The notes under the pieces: generated by a model | What the model saw: only the letters and a program-made list of their open reading frames with translations | What the model was told of the DNA's origin: nothing | Databases searched by the model: none | Source of the DNA: an uncultured Planctomycetia bacterium | GTDB taxonomy: Bacteria > Planctomycetota > Planctomycetia > Pirellulales > Thermoguttaceae | Assembly (NCBI GenBank): GCA_963709175.1 | Contig: CAVPVK010000010.1 | Coordinates: forward strand, 19,704 to 83,703 | Direction: 5' to 3' | Length of the DNA stretch: 64,000 nt | Shown: positions 23,399 through 32,015 of the stretch, in pieces | Numbering within the stretch: the stretch's first letter is position 1 | How the letters are laid out: every line of letters starts with the position of its first letter | Program-made: the position numbers and the translations under genes

Positions 23399-24862
23399 CT
23401 AAAGGTGCTGCGAAAGCCTCTCAATCACCGCTCCGTCTGGCCTCCGCAACGTCACCTCCAGCGGCATTTCGCCGGGCAGACTGTGCGTAGCACAGCCGAA
23501 ACACGGGTCGTAGGCCCGAAAGGCCATTTCCACCATGTTCAACAGGCCTTGGTTTACCTGGCCTTTGCAGATCAGTTTCTGGGCAGCCTTCTTCACTGAC
23601 ATGCAGATCGGGGCATTGTTGTTCGTCGTGCCGACGATCAGATTCACTTTCGTGAGGATGCCGCGCTCGTCGGTCGTGTAGTGGTGGGTCAGCGTGCCTC
23701 GCGGGGCCTCGACGCAGCCCACGCCCTCGGTCGGCGTGGCCGTGGGCAGCGTGCGATATTCCTTGCCCGTTATCTCGGGATCCCGCGACAGCTCAACCCA
23801 CCGCTCGGCCGCATAGAGCAACTCGACCAGCCGGGCCCAGTGCGTGGCGAGCGTGTGATGCACCGGCTTGCCGCCCAGGGTTTGGTACATCCGCTGGTAC
23901 TCGGCGGCAGCCAGCGGCGTGGCCATGCCGTCGGCGGCATTGCACCGCGAGAGCGGCGTCGCCTTGTAGACGCCCGAGTCCTCGCCGTCCACAAAGCCCT
24001 TCCAGCCGATCTTCCGCAAATAGGGAAACTTCAAATAAGACCACGGCTCGACCCGCTCGGCGATGTACTCACGGTAATCGGCGCAGTCGTACTTGGCGAC
24101 TTCCTTGCCGCTGGGACTGGTGATACGGACCTTGCCGTCATAGAAGTTAGTGCAGTTATTGGCGTCAACCATCCCCATGTTGTAGGTCTTGTGCAGGTAG
24201 ACGTCGCCGGTGATCAGTTCCACGTAGGTCTTGTTGGCCAGCACAATATCATCGAGGATCTTGAGCGAGAACCTGGCGAACTCGACCGCCTCCAGCCCGC
24301 GGGCCTCGATCTCCTTGCGCTGGGTTTCGTCGATGCCGCGGCTCACGCCGCCGGGCAGGCCCCAATTGGGATGCACGGCCCGGCCGCCGATCATCTTTAT
24401 GAGGGAATGGCCGTCGTGCCGCATCTTCAGCACCTTGCCGGCCACGTCCATGCCCACCTTTTTCACCACGCCCAGGATGTTCCGTTCGGCGGGCGGGGCG
24501 TCGGGGCCGAGGACGAAATCCGGCCCGCTCAGGGCGTAAAAATGCGTTGTGTGGTCGGTGGCGTAGAAGATGCTGTAGAACAGTTCGCGGAGCTTCTTGG
24601 CCGTGGGCGGCGGATCGACATGAAAGACCCGGTCCAGGGCCTTCGTGGCCGCCATGTGATGGGCCTCCGGGCAGACGCCGCAGATGCGGGCGGTAAGGTT
24701 GGGCATGTCCTCCGCCTGGCGGCCGACGCAGAACTTCTCGAAACCGCGGAGTTCCGGGATCTGCACGTAGGCGTTGGCCACATCGCCCTGCTCGTCGAGA
24801 AAAATATCGATCTTGCCGTGGCCTTCAAGACGCGTGATGGGGTCGATGGAAATGCGTTTCAT
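23399..24862 (-). CDS. mvhA: [NiFe] hydrogenase large subunit, group 3c (MvhA/VhuA-type, F420-non-reducing)
   Basis: Intact 487 aa with the N-terminal [11 protein letters not shown] and C-terminal [10 protein letters not shown] Ni-Fe ligand motifs and a cleavable C-terminal extension. It is linked to mvhG, mvhD and hdrABC. Confidence 0.9.
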   Translation of the reverse strand: MKRISIDPITRLEGHGKIDIFLDEQGDVANAYVQIPELRGFEKFCVGRQAEDMPNLTARICGVCPEAHHMAATKALDRVFHVDPPPTAKKLRELFYSIFYATDHTTHFYALSGPDFVLGPDAPPAERNILGVVKKVGMDVAGKVLKMRHDGHSLIKMIGGRAVHPNWGLPGGVSRGIDETQRKEIEARGLEAVEFARFSLKILDDIVLANKTYVELITGDVYLHKTYNMGMVDANNCTNFYDGKVRITSPSGKEVAKYDCADYREYIAERVEPWSYLKFPYLRKIGWKGFVDGEDSGVYKATPLSRCNAADGMATPLAAAEYQRMYQTLGGKPVHHTLATHWARLVELLYAAERWVELSRDPEITGKEYRTLPTATPTEGVGCVEAPRGTLTHHYTTDERGILTKVNLIVGTTNNNAPICMSVKKAAQKLICKGQVNQGLLNMVEMAFRAYDPCFGCATHSLPGEMPLEVTLRRPDGAVIERLSQHL

Positions 24863-24866
24863 GGGA

Positions 24867-24952
24867 GGTCTTGGGTCTTAGGTCTTAGGTCTTGGGTGCG
24901 TACGATTTGCCGGCCCCAAGTCCTAAGACTTAAGACCTAAGACCCAAGACCT
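24867..24952. repeat. Palindromic array of GGTCTTA/TAAGACC heptamers (long hairpin) between mvhG and mvhA
   Basis: The left arm aggtcttgggtcttaggtcttaggtcttggg (24867-24897) pairs with cccaagtcctaagacttaagacctaagacccaagacct (24915-24952). The outer 22 nt are perfectly complementary. Confidence 0.85.
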
Positions 24953-24963
24953 GTAATCAATTT

Positions 24964-25977
24964 CTACTTATGTCCGTTGCCCGCCGCTGCCTTATTGCAG
25001 CGCCTCAGCAAACTGCCGGCCAAGCTAAAGCGATAGAACGTTCCAACGGGATCGGGAATGCCCTCGGCAATGATGCGGTCGATTTCCTCTTCGTCGTTGG
25101 AGTCGATGACCGAGGCTACCGCGCTCATCAGTCGCGAGCCGTAGTCGTCCACCCCTTCGTTCGGCCCGTGGCAACCGATGCAGGGCGAGTTCACGGTCGG
25201 ACACAAGGCCCCGCAGCCCGCCCGCGTGGCGATGCCGCAGCACATCAGCCCCTGCTCCAGTAGGCACGCCTCCTCGTCGGGCACAATCTCCCACGTGCGG
25301 CGGAACTTCTTGATCTTCTTTTCGCTCCGCTTCCGCTTGCACTCGTCGCAGACGGTCGTGTCGGCGCCGATGGTCGAACCCTTCGGCGGCAGATTGCCGG
25401 AGACGATGGCCGTGATCGCCTTCCAGATATTGTCGGCCTCGGGCGGACAGCCCGGCAAGAAGTAATCCACGTCCACGGTTTGCCGGAGCGTCTTCAAAGT
25501 GTCGTAGAATACGGGCAGGTAGAGCGTACCCTCCGGTACTTGCGTTTCGTGCTGCGGATAAACGTTTTGCGGGTTCTCCGGGCCGGTGGCCGAGCCCTGG
25601 TCGTAGACCGTCTCGAAGATCGATTTGCGGTCGTTGAGATTGCCCAGGCCGGGAATGCAGCCTTCCGAGGCGCAGGAGCCGAAGGCCACCAGCACCTTCG
25701 ACTTGCGGCGGAGCAGGCGGGCCATGTACTCCTGCTCGCTGTTGCGGATGCCGCCGTTGAAGAGGCAGACGTCGATTTCGCCGTCGGCCATCTTTTCGAT
25801 GTCGCGGACCTTGCCGTCGGCGATGCAGGGGCAGAAGACCAGGTCGAAGGCGGCATCGACGTCGAGGATCTTGGCGTCGATCTGCAGGATGGAAATCTCG
25901 CAACCACCGCACGACGCGGCCCAGTAGATGGCTAGCTTGCCCTTGGCGGTCTTCTTATCAGCAGTGACTTGACTCAT
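24964..25977 (-). CDS. mvhG: [NiFe] hydrogenase small subunit, group 3c (MvhG-type)
   Basis: MSQVTADKKTAKGKLAIYWAASCGGCEISIL with Fe-S cysteine clusters toward the C terminus. An RBS (GGGAGA) precedes the ATG at 25977, so the ORF-track start at 26055 is probably too long. Confidence 0.85.
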   Translation of the reverse strand: MSQVTADKKTAKGKLAIYWAASCGGCEISILQIDAKILDVDAAFDLVFCPCIADGKVRDIEKMADGEIDVCLFNGGIRNSEQEYMARLLRRKSKVLVAFGSCASEGCIPGLGNLNDRKSIFETVYDQGSATGPENPQNVYPQHETQVPEGTLYLPVFYDTLKTLRQTVDVDYFLPGCPPEADNIWKAITAIVSGNLPPKGSTIGADTTVCDECKRKRSEKKIKKFRRTWEIVPDEEACLLEQGLMCCGIATRAGCGALCPTVNSPCIGCHGPNEGVDDYGSRLMSAVASVIDSNDEEEIDRIIAEGIPDPVGTFYRFSLAGSLLRRCNKAAAGNGHK

Positions 25978-25992
25978 GATTATATCTCCCGT

Positions 25993-26069
25993 AGGCCGGA
26001 ACAAGCTTGCGCAGTCCCGGCAGCAATCTCTCGGCGTCTTGCCGGAACTGCGCAAGCTTGTTCCGGCCT
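25993..26069. repeat. Perfect 23-bp inverted repeat (stem-loop) between mvhD and mvhG
   Basis: aggccggaacaagcttgcgcagt (25993-26015) and its exact reverse complement actgcgcaagcttgttccggcct (26047-26069), with a 31-nt loop. It ends about 5 nt from the mvhD stop and begins 16 nt upstream of the mvhG start. Confidence 0.9.
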
Positions 26070-26073
26070 GCGG

Positions 26074-26565
26074 TTAAACCACCTCCACGCATTCTTCATG
26101 TTCTTTGAGGATCGTCCCCAGGGCCTCTTCCCGATGCCCGTTCTCCGACCAGTTGCCCGGCCACTTCAGGGGCCCCAGCTTGCGGACGTCGGTCACCAGT
26201 TGATCGATGGCATCGGCCAGTTGCTGCCCTTCTGCCGCCGAAGCCCAGACGAGGCGGACGCGGTCCGGCTCGACGCCCATCGCCCGCAGCGTGTGCTTGA
26301 GGATCGAGTACCGCCGCATGGCCTTGTAGTTCTGTTCGATGTAGTGGCACTCGCCCGGATGGCAGCCGGCGATCAGTACGCCGTCGGCCCCCGAGGCCAG
26401 CGCCTTCATGACAAAACTCGGATCGACTCGCCCGCTGCACATTACGCGGATCACGCGGACGTTGGGAGCGTATTTGATGCGGGCGGTGCCGGCCAGATCG
26501 GCCGCCCGGTAAGAGCACCAGTTGCAGCAGAAGCCAACGATTTTTGGTTCAAAGTTTTCGGACAT
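26074..26565 (-). CDS. mvhD: Methyl-viologen-reducing hydrogenase delta subunit (MvhD/FlpD family)
   Basis: 163 aa: KIVGFCCNWCSYRAADLAGTARIKYAPNVRVIRVMCSGRVD..LIAGCHPGECHY, the canonical MvhD cysteine pattern. Confidence 0.9.
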   Translation of the reverse strand: MSENFEPKIVGFCCNWCSYRAADLAGTARIKYAPNVRVIRVMCSGRVDPSFVMKALASGADGVLIAGCHPGECHYIEQNYKAMRRYSILKHTLRAMGVEPDRVRLVWASAAEGQQLADAIDQLVTDVRKLGPLKWPGNWSENGHREEALGTILKEHEECVEVV

Positions 26566-26585
26566 GGGAAGAAGTTGTCGGTTGT

Positions 26586-26723
26586 CAGCACTGAGTACGC
26601 AGTACTCAGCACTCAGTTATCGGATCGTGTTTGACGCTCGCAGTTCTTACTTATTGGACTTTGGCTTCACTCAGTTCGTTTTGCATGTTGTGTACTCGGT
26701 ACTGTGTACTCAGTACTTCGCAC
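26586..26723. repeat. GTAC-rich heptamer arrays in the hdrA-mvhD spacer
   Basis: Period-7 runs are cagcact gagtacg cagtact cagcact (26586-26613, containing the palindrome ctgagtac-gca-gtactcag at 26591-26609) and tgtgtac tcggtac tgtgtac tcagtac ttcgcac (26689-26723). Confidence 0.8.
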
Positions 26724-26768
26724 TTTCTCATCCAGCCGAAACGGCCGCAGCCTCTTGCTCCGTCTCCG

Positions 26769-28757
26769 TCATGGCCCCGTTGCCGTCGGCGTCCCACAGG
26801 CGCCTTCGATCTCGGCGAAAATCTGCTCGTTGCTGAAGTGGGCACCGGCGATCACACCCGCCGGGCAGGCCGCCACACACGTGCCGCAGCCCTTGCACAA
26901 GGCCGTGATCACGTGGCTGGTATTCTTCACCTCCAGGAACTCGATGGCATTGTAGGGGCACATCGTGTTGCAAATCCGGCAGCCGGAACACTCCTCTTCG
27001 TTGATCGAGGCCACTACGGGCTCGATCATCACTTGGCCCTTGGTGATCATGCCGCCCACGCGGGCGGCGGCCGCGGCGCCCTGAGCCACCGAGGCGGGAA
27101 TGTCCTTCGGCCCCTGGCAAACGCCAGCCACGAAGATGCCGTCGGTCATTGTCGCCACCGGGTCGAGCTTGGGATGCCGCTCGGTGTACCAGCCGGCCAT
27201 GCTGCAGGAAATGCCGCATTTCAGTCCCATCTCCTTGGCGTCGGCCTGCGGCTCCAGGCCGGCCATGAGGATCACCATATCGACCGGAATCCGCCGCTGC
27301 TTGCCCAGAAGCGTATCTTCCACCTGCACGATCAGCCGGCCCGCCTCGTCAGGCTGACGGGCTGCGTCCGTCACCTCGGCCACCTTGCCGCGGACGAAAT
27401 GCATGCCCTCTTCCAGCAGCCGCTGGTAAAACTCCTCGTAGTCCTTTTGCGGCGCCCGCATGTCGATGTAGAACGAATAGACCTCGGCTTGGGTCTTTTC
27501 CAGCACGAGGTGGCCAAACTTCATCGCCGCCATGCAGCAGACGTTGGAGCAATAGGTGTTGGTCGTCGTGTCGCGGCTGCCCACGCAGTGGATGATGGCC
27601 ACGCGCTTCGGCTCGCTCTTGCCGTCGCGGAGCACGATCTTGCCGTTGGTCGGACCGGCGGCGTTGCAGAGCCGCTCGAACTCCATGTTCGTGTAGACGT
27701 TGGCCAGCCGCCCATAGCCGTACTGCGGGATCCGCTTGCAATCAAAGGGCTTCCAGCCGGTGGCCATGATGATGTTGCCAACCTCGACCTCGACAATTTC
27801 GTCTTTCTGCGTGTAGTCGATGGCGTTGGTCGGGCAGACCTTCTCGCAGACCTTGCACTTGCCGCGGGTGAAATAGGTGCAGTTGGCCGTATCGAGCACC
27901 GGAATCCGCGGCACTGCCTGGGGGAACGGCATGTAGATGGCCTTCCGCGTGGTCATGCCCACTTCGAAGACGTCGTCGACCACCTTCCGCGGGCACTTCT
28001 CCACGCAGATGCCGCAGCCCGTGCAATCCGGGGCGTTGACCATGCGGGCCTTCTGGCGGATCTTGACCTTGAAGTTGCCCACCGAGCCGGTCACCTCTTC
28101 CAACTCGGAATAGGTGTACATCGTCACCTTGTCGTGCTGGCCGACCTCGGACATTTTGGGCGTGAGGATGCAGGCCGAGCAGTCCAGGGTGGGGAAGGTC
28201 TTGTCGAACTGGGCCATATGGCCGCCGACGGAAGGCTCGCGCTCGACCAGGTAGACCGGATAGCCGGCGTCGGCCAGCTCGAGCGTGGCCTGCAGGCCGG
28301 CGATGCCGCCGCCGATGACCAGCGTGGCCGGGTTGACCTTCACATACATCCGCTCCAGCGGCCGTTGATGGCGGACCCGTCCGGCAGCCGCGGCCACCAG
28401 GGCCTTGGTCTTCTCGGTCGCCGCCTTCTTGTCGGTATGGACCCACGAGCAGTGCTCGCGGACGTTGGTCATTTGCAGCAGATACGGATTCAAGCCGGCG
28501 TTCTCGCAAGCGCGGCGGAAGGTCTTCTCGTGCAGGTGCGGCGAGCAGGCGGCCACGACAATCCGCGTGAGACCTTCCTTCTTGATGTCCTCTTCAATCA
28601 GGCTCTGGCCCAGCGACGAGCACATGAACTTGTAGTCGCGGGAGACGATCACGTCCTTGACGTTCTTGCCCGCCCAGCGGGCGACCTCTTCCACGTCAAC
28701 CGTGCCGGCGATGTTGCTGCCGCAATGGCAGACGTAAATGCCGATTTTCTCAGACAT
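26769..28757 (-). CDS. hdrA: Heterodisulfide reductase subunit A-like FAD/Fe-S flavoprotein
   Basis: Intact 662 aa: MSEKIGIYVCHCGSNIAGTVD, the FAD motif VIGGGIAGLQATLELADAG, several CxxCxxCxxxCP ferredoxin motifs, and a C-terminal CSGCRICNTMCP..CKGCGTCVAACP. Confidence 0.9.
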   Translation of the reverse strand: MSEKIGIYVCHCGSNIAGTVDVEEVARWAGKNVKDVIVSRDYKFMCSSLGQSLIEEDIKKEGLTRIVVAACSPHLHEKTFRRACENAGLNPYLLQMTNVREHCSWVHTDKKAATEKTKALVAAAAGRVRHQRPLERMYVKVNPATLVIGGGIAGLQATLELADAGYPVYLVEREPSVGGHMAQFDKTFPTLDCSACILTPKMSEVGQHDKVTMYTYSELEEVTGSVGNFKVKIRQKARMVNAPDCTGCGICVEKCPRKVVDDVFEVGMTTRKAIYMPFPQAVPRIPVLDTANCTYFTRGKCKVCEKVCPTNAIDYTQKDEIVEVEVGNIIMATGWKPFDCKRIPQYGYGRLANVYTNMEFERLCNAAGPTNGKIVLRDGKSEPKRVAIIHCVGSRDTTTNTYCSNVCCMAAMKFGHLVLEKTQAEVYSFYIDMRAPQKDYEEFYQRLLEEGMHFVRGKVAEVTDAARQPDEAGRLIVQVEDTLLGKQRRIPVDMVILMAGLEPQADAKEMGLKCGISCSMAGWYTERHPKLDPVATMTDGIFVAGVCQGPKDIPASVAQGAAAAARVGGMITKGQVMIEPVVASINEEECSGCRICNTMCPYNAIEFLEVKNTSHVITALCKGCGTCVAACPAGVIAGAHFSNEQIFAEIEGACGTPTATGP

Positions 28758-28770
28758 AGTTATTCCTCAA

Positions 28771-28878
28771 TCGAGTACCCGGTACTTACACTCAGCACCG
28801 GGTGCAATGCTCGCGAATCTCAAATTTCAAATCTCAGATCTCAGTTACTACCGAGTACTGTGTACTCAGTACTTCCTA
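28771..28878. repeat. Three heptamer arrays in the hdrB-hdrA spacer
   Basis: The arrays are a GTAC-rich tract around tcgagtacccggtac (28771-28806), tctcaaa tttcaaa tctcaga tctcagt (28818-28845), and ccgagtac tgtgtac tcagtac ttcctac (28851-28878). The 21-mer gtactgtgtactcagtacttc (28855-28875) is identical to 26699-26719. Confidence 0.85.
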
Positions 28879-29769
28879 CACCGCCGCCGCCAGTTTCCCA
28901 TTCAGTTTCGCCGTCAACACGGGCATGGCGGCTACCAGCTCCTTGCCGAATCCCAACCGCTTCGGGTCCAGACCGAAGGCGATGCCCAGGATCTGAGTGA
29001 AGTAGATGATCGGCAGGTTGAACTGCGTGTTGAAATAGCCGTTCACGCGGGCCTGGTAGCCGTCCATATTCAACTGGCACATGGGGCACATGCAGAGGAT
29101 CATGTCGGCGTGGTAATCCTGGGCGCTTTGCAGCAACCGGCGGATGAGCTCGAATGCCTGCGGCTCACTGATCTGCGTCATGTGCCCGCCGCAGCAGTGG
29201 GCCTTGACCGGATAATCGACGACCTCGGCCCCCAGCCAGGCGAGCAGGTTGTCCATCTTCATGGGGTATTCGGTGCTGTCGCCGCCCTTGATTGGCCGCA
29301 CGACCTGGCAGCCGTAATAGGGGGCGACCCGCAGGCCGGTCAAGGGCCGCACGACCTTGTCACGCACGGCCCGCTCGCCGATGTCGTCGTGGATCACGTC
29401 GAGCATGTGGCGGACAATCACGCGGCCCGGATCGTAGTGCAGGCCGCCGGCGGCCAGACACTGATTGATTTTTGCGCCCAGTTCCGGGTGATCGGCCATC
29501 AGGCGGTCGGTTTTCTTGAGGTTCAGGTAACAAGCCGCACAGGGGGCAACGAGCTGCTTGATCTGCGGATCGACCAGGGCCAGGTTTCGGGCGACCACGG
29601 CGCAAGCCGTCAATTCATCCTGGCTGAAGTATTCTGTTGCCCCGCAGCAGTTCCAATCATCGAGCTCCTGGAGCTTGATGTCGAGCAGATCGGCCACCTC
29701 GCGGACCGAATGGTCGTAGGCGGCGGCGTTGATTTCCAACGAGCATCCGGGGTAGTAGGCGTACTTCAT
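28876..29769 (-). CDS. hdrB: Heterodisulfide reductase subunit B (two CCG domains)
   Basis: Intact 297 aa: MKYAYYPGCSL..CCGA..PCAACY..YYGCQ..HCCGG..CPMCQ, the characteristic CCG-domain cysteines. Confidence 0.9.
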   Translation of the reverse strand: MKYAYYPGCSLEINAAAYDHSVREVADLLDIKLQELDDWNCCGATEYFSQDELTACAVVARNLALVDPQIKQLVAPCAACYLNLKKTDRLMADHPELGAKINQCLAAGGLHYDPGRVIVRHMLDVIHDDIGERAVRDKVVRPLTGLRVAPYYGCQVVRPIKGGDSTEYPMKMDNLLAWLGAEVVDYPVKAHCCGGHMTQISEPQAFELIRRLLQSAQDYHADMILCMCPMCQLNMDGYQARVNGYFNTQFNLPIIYFTQILGIAFGLDPKRLGFGKELVAAMPVLTAKLNGKLAAAV

Positions 29770-29798
29770 GGCGGATCGGGTGTTGGGGGACTGGGGAG

Positions 29799-29833
29799 GT
29801 TCTTAGGTCCTACGTCTTAGGTCTTACGTCTTT
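29799..29833. repeat. GTCTTAG-type heptamer array in the hdrC-hdrB spacer
   Basis: gttctta ggtccta cgtctta ggtctta cgtcttt, period 7. It is related to the array at 24867-24952. Confidence 0.75.
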
Positions 29834-29855
29834 TTTGCGGTCTAAACTCTCAGTA

Positions 29856-30443
29856 CTAAGTTCTTTCCCCGCTTAGTTCTTTCGCTTTGCGAATAATTGC
29901 CTGCAATTGCGGCAAGTTCTTGATCTTGCTGGGGGTCAGCGCCATGCGGCCGCGGCGGAACATGGCCAACCCCATGGGCCCCATCTTCATGGCCTGCAAG
30001 GGGCGATTCAGCAGGTGGTAGCTGGTGGCCAGGCCCAGTTCAAAGCTGCGTCCGTACTTGTCCACGTAGTCGGTGAAAGCCTTGGCCAAGGCCGGGGCGT
30101 CAGTGTCGTGGTGTAGCCGCTGGGCAATCGACATCCGCTTGAGCGTGTACATGATGTCGGTGATGGGAATCTCCTGCGGGCAGCGGGTGGTGCAGAAGTA
30201 GCACGAGACACAGACCCACATGGTGTTGGCGGCCAACACTCGCTGGCGGTCTTCGGCGTTGATCAACGCGAAGATCGTGCGCGGCGTGTACTGCATGTCG
30301 GCCCCGCTGGGGCACGAGCCGCCGCAACTCCCACATTGCAGGCAATGCGCCAGGCGCTCTCCGCCGGGCGTGGCTTCGATTACCTCGCCCAGAAAAGAAT
30401 CCTTGTTTCGGATGGTGTGTGTGGTCATCAATAGCTGCTCCAC
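29856..30443 (-). CDS. hdrC: Heterodisulfide reductase subunit C (2x[4Fe-4S])
   Basis: 195 aa with CLQCGSCGGSCP and CVSCYFCTTRCP motifs. It is the first gene of the hdrCBA-mvhDGA operon. Confidence 0.85.
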   Translation of the reverse strand: MEQLLMTTHTIRNKDSFLGEVIEATPGGERLAHCLQCGSCGGSCPSGADMQYTPRTIFALINAEDRQRVLAANTMWVCVSCYFCTTRCPQEIPITDIMYTLKRMSIAQRLHHDTDAPALAKAFTDYVDKYGRSFELGLATSYHLLNRPLQAMKMGPMGLAMFRRGRMALTPSKIKNLPQLQAIIRKAKELSGERT

Positions 30444-31280
30444 CGCGGAAGTGTCCGCCCAGGTTCTGCGGTCCGTTTCTCATGGACGCAACAACCGCAT
30501 CGTTATCGTCCGCTCAGCCCTCAGCAATCAGCGTTCCAGAGGCGGTGGCAGGCTGAAGGAATCGCCGCAATCGGCTGGAGTCTAAGGACTTACACTTTTG
30601 TCGCGCCTTTGGCGGATGTCCGCCGCTTCGGCTGGGTCCGCGGAATTTCGTTGCGCGGCCGCGCGGAAATCCGCGACTCCGGCTCCGCCGGCCGGGCGAT
30701 GGTCGCTCGTAGTCCCGGCTCCAGCCAGAACCTTCTGCGTTTTGCCCCGAATTGCAAAACCTGGTCCTGCATTCTCGGCTCAACCAAAAAACCTTGGAAA
30801 ACACGATGTTATTGCTGCTCTAGAGGTAGCACCTTTCGCGGCATGCTCGCCATCCGCGGCAAGACTGCCGAAAACCATCTCCCAGGCATTGAGTACTGAG
30901 TGCCGTGTACTGCGTACCGCATACCCTTTCAGCCATGGCACGGTCGTCCCCTAAGACAAATTACGCCGCCACGGTAGGATAATTCCAACCAATCGCGTCG
31001 GACCCCTCGATTCCACGTATCCAATGCCTTGCTGGGCAGGCGACCATCCCCGTGCAATCGCGCGGTCCGGTTGGAAAGTCGTCGGATCGCAACCGCGTGG
31101 AAACGAAGAGCTTTGCAGAAGCGATCCCAGGGAAGAAAGACTAATTCGCTACGCCTGGCGACCAACGGGGCGAATCATGCCGAATGTCGACTTGAGCTAT
31201 GCGCTTTGGGTCGCAGGCGGATTCCCGCCGATCAGGGATAGCTTTGGATCGAGGACCGCCTGAACGCGGGACTACGAACG

Positions 31281-32000
31281 TTACTTGATACCCAAGGTCC
31301 GCTGGAGTTTAACCCGCAACTCCGCCAATTGCTTGGACTTGAAGCTCTCCTTGGTCTTTTCCAAGACCTCGATGGCGTACAGAATCGCCTGGCGGTGAAT
31401 GGGGCGCTGCGGGCAGTCCAAGAGCTCGCATAGATCCAGTTGGCCGCATGCCGTCGCGGGGTTGCTCCAAAGCGTCAACAGGTCCGACAGGCAGGAAGCC
31501 AAAGTGCGAATGGTGCCAAGGGGACCCTCATGAATCAACTCTTTCGGCGATCCCGGAACGGACTGCTCGGCTTCCAAACCCGTCAACACGGATCGAAGCC
31601 GCTCGGCAACGGCCGTTAAACGCCGGCGGTCGCGCGATTGCTGCACGAGCTTGCGAAGCGTCGCAAACAGCTCCTCCATATTCAATGGCTTGGTCAAATA
31701 TCCGTCAACCGCCATGGCAATCGATTGGATCGCCGTGTCCACCGAGGGGTAGGCGGTGACCAGGATGATCGGGAGGTGGCTGTCCAGGCCGCGGGCCTCT
31801 TTGACGATCCGCAGGTCCGGATTGTGCGGCATGCGAATATCGGAGACCATGACATCGAATCGCTTGTGCTGCAACATCTCGACGGCCTGATCGACGTCGT
31901 CGGCGCAAAGGCATTCGAAGCCTTCGCGCCGCAACAGCCGGGAAGTCGATTCGCGAAAGGCCTCCTCGTCGTCGGCAATCAGCACGGATCCCATGGACAT
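31281..32000 (-). CDS. Response regulator (receiver domain plus uncharacterised C-terminal helical domain)
   Basis: Intact 239 aa: VLIADDEEAFRESTSRLLRREGFE..FDVMVSDIRMP..PIILVTAY..DGYLTKP. No recognisable DNA-binding motif. Confidence 0.85.
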   Translation of the reverse strand: MSMGSVLIADDEEAFRESTSRLLRREGFECLCADDVDQAVEMLQHKRFDVMVSDIRMPHNPDLRIVKEARGLDSHLPIILVTAYPSVDTAIQSIAMAVDGYLTKPLNMEELFATLRKLVQQSRDRRRLTAVAERLRSVLTGLEAEQSVPGSPKELIHEGPLGTIRTLASCLSDLLTLWSNPATACGQLDLCELLDCPQRPIHRQAILYAIEVLEKTKESFKSKQLAELRVKLQRTLGIK

Positions 32001-32015
32001 ATTGCTTCACCTTCT

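Noticed and set aside
26631-29000. A 789-aa plus-strand ORF opposite hdrA, and similar long antisense ORFs: 23681-24940 (+), 19616-20803 (+), 37631-39184 (-), 43601-46099 (-, 832 aa), 50228-51463 (-), 51526-52545 (-) and 54044-55483 (-).
   Set aside because: These are shadow ORFs, typical of high-GC DNA. Their translations are Arg/Gly/Ala/Pro-rich with no motifs. In every case the opposite strand encodes a protein with clear family signatures (HdrA, MvhA, Gfo/Idh/MocA, MCP/CheW, CheY/CheX/kinase, sulfatase, Gly-rich protein).
30514-31263. Short ORFs in the long hdrC upstream region (for example 30514-30804 on the minus strand, 30598-30954 on the plus strand, 31024-31263 on the plus strand).
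   Set aside because: They overlap on both strands, are Arg/Pro/Gly-rich, and lack an RBS and any recognisable motif. I treat the region as non-coding.
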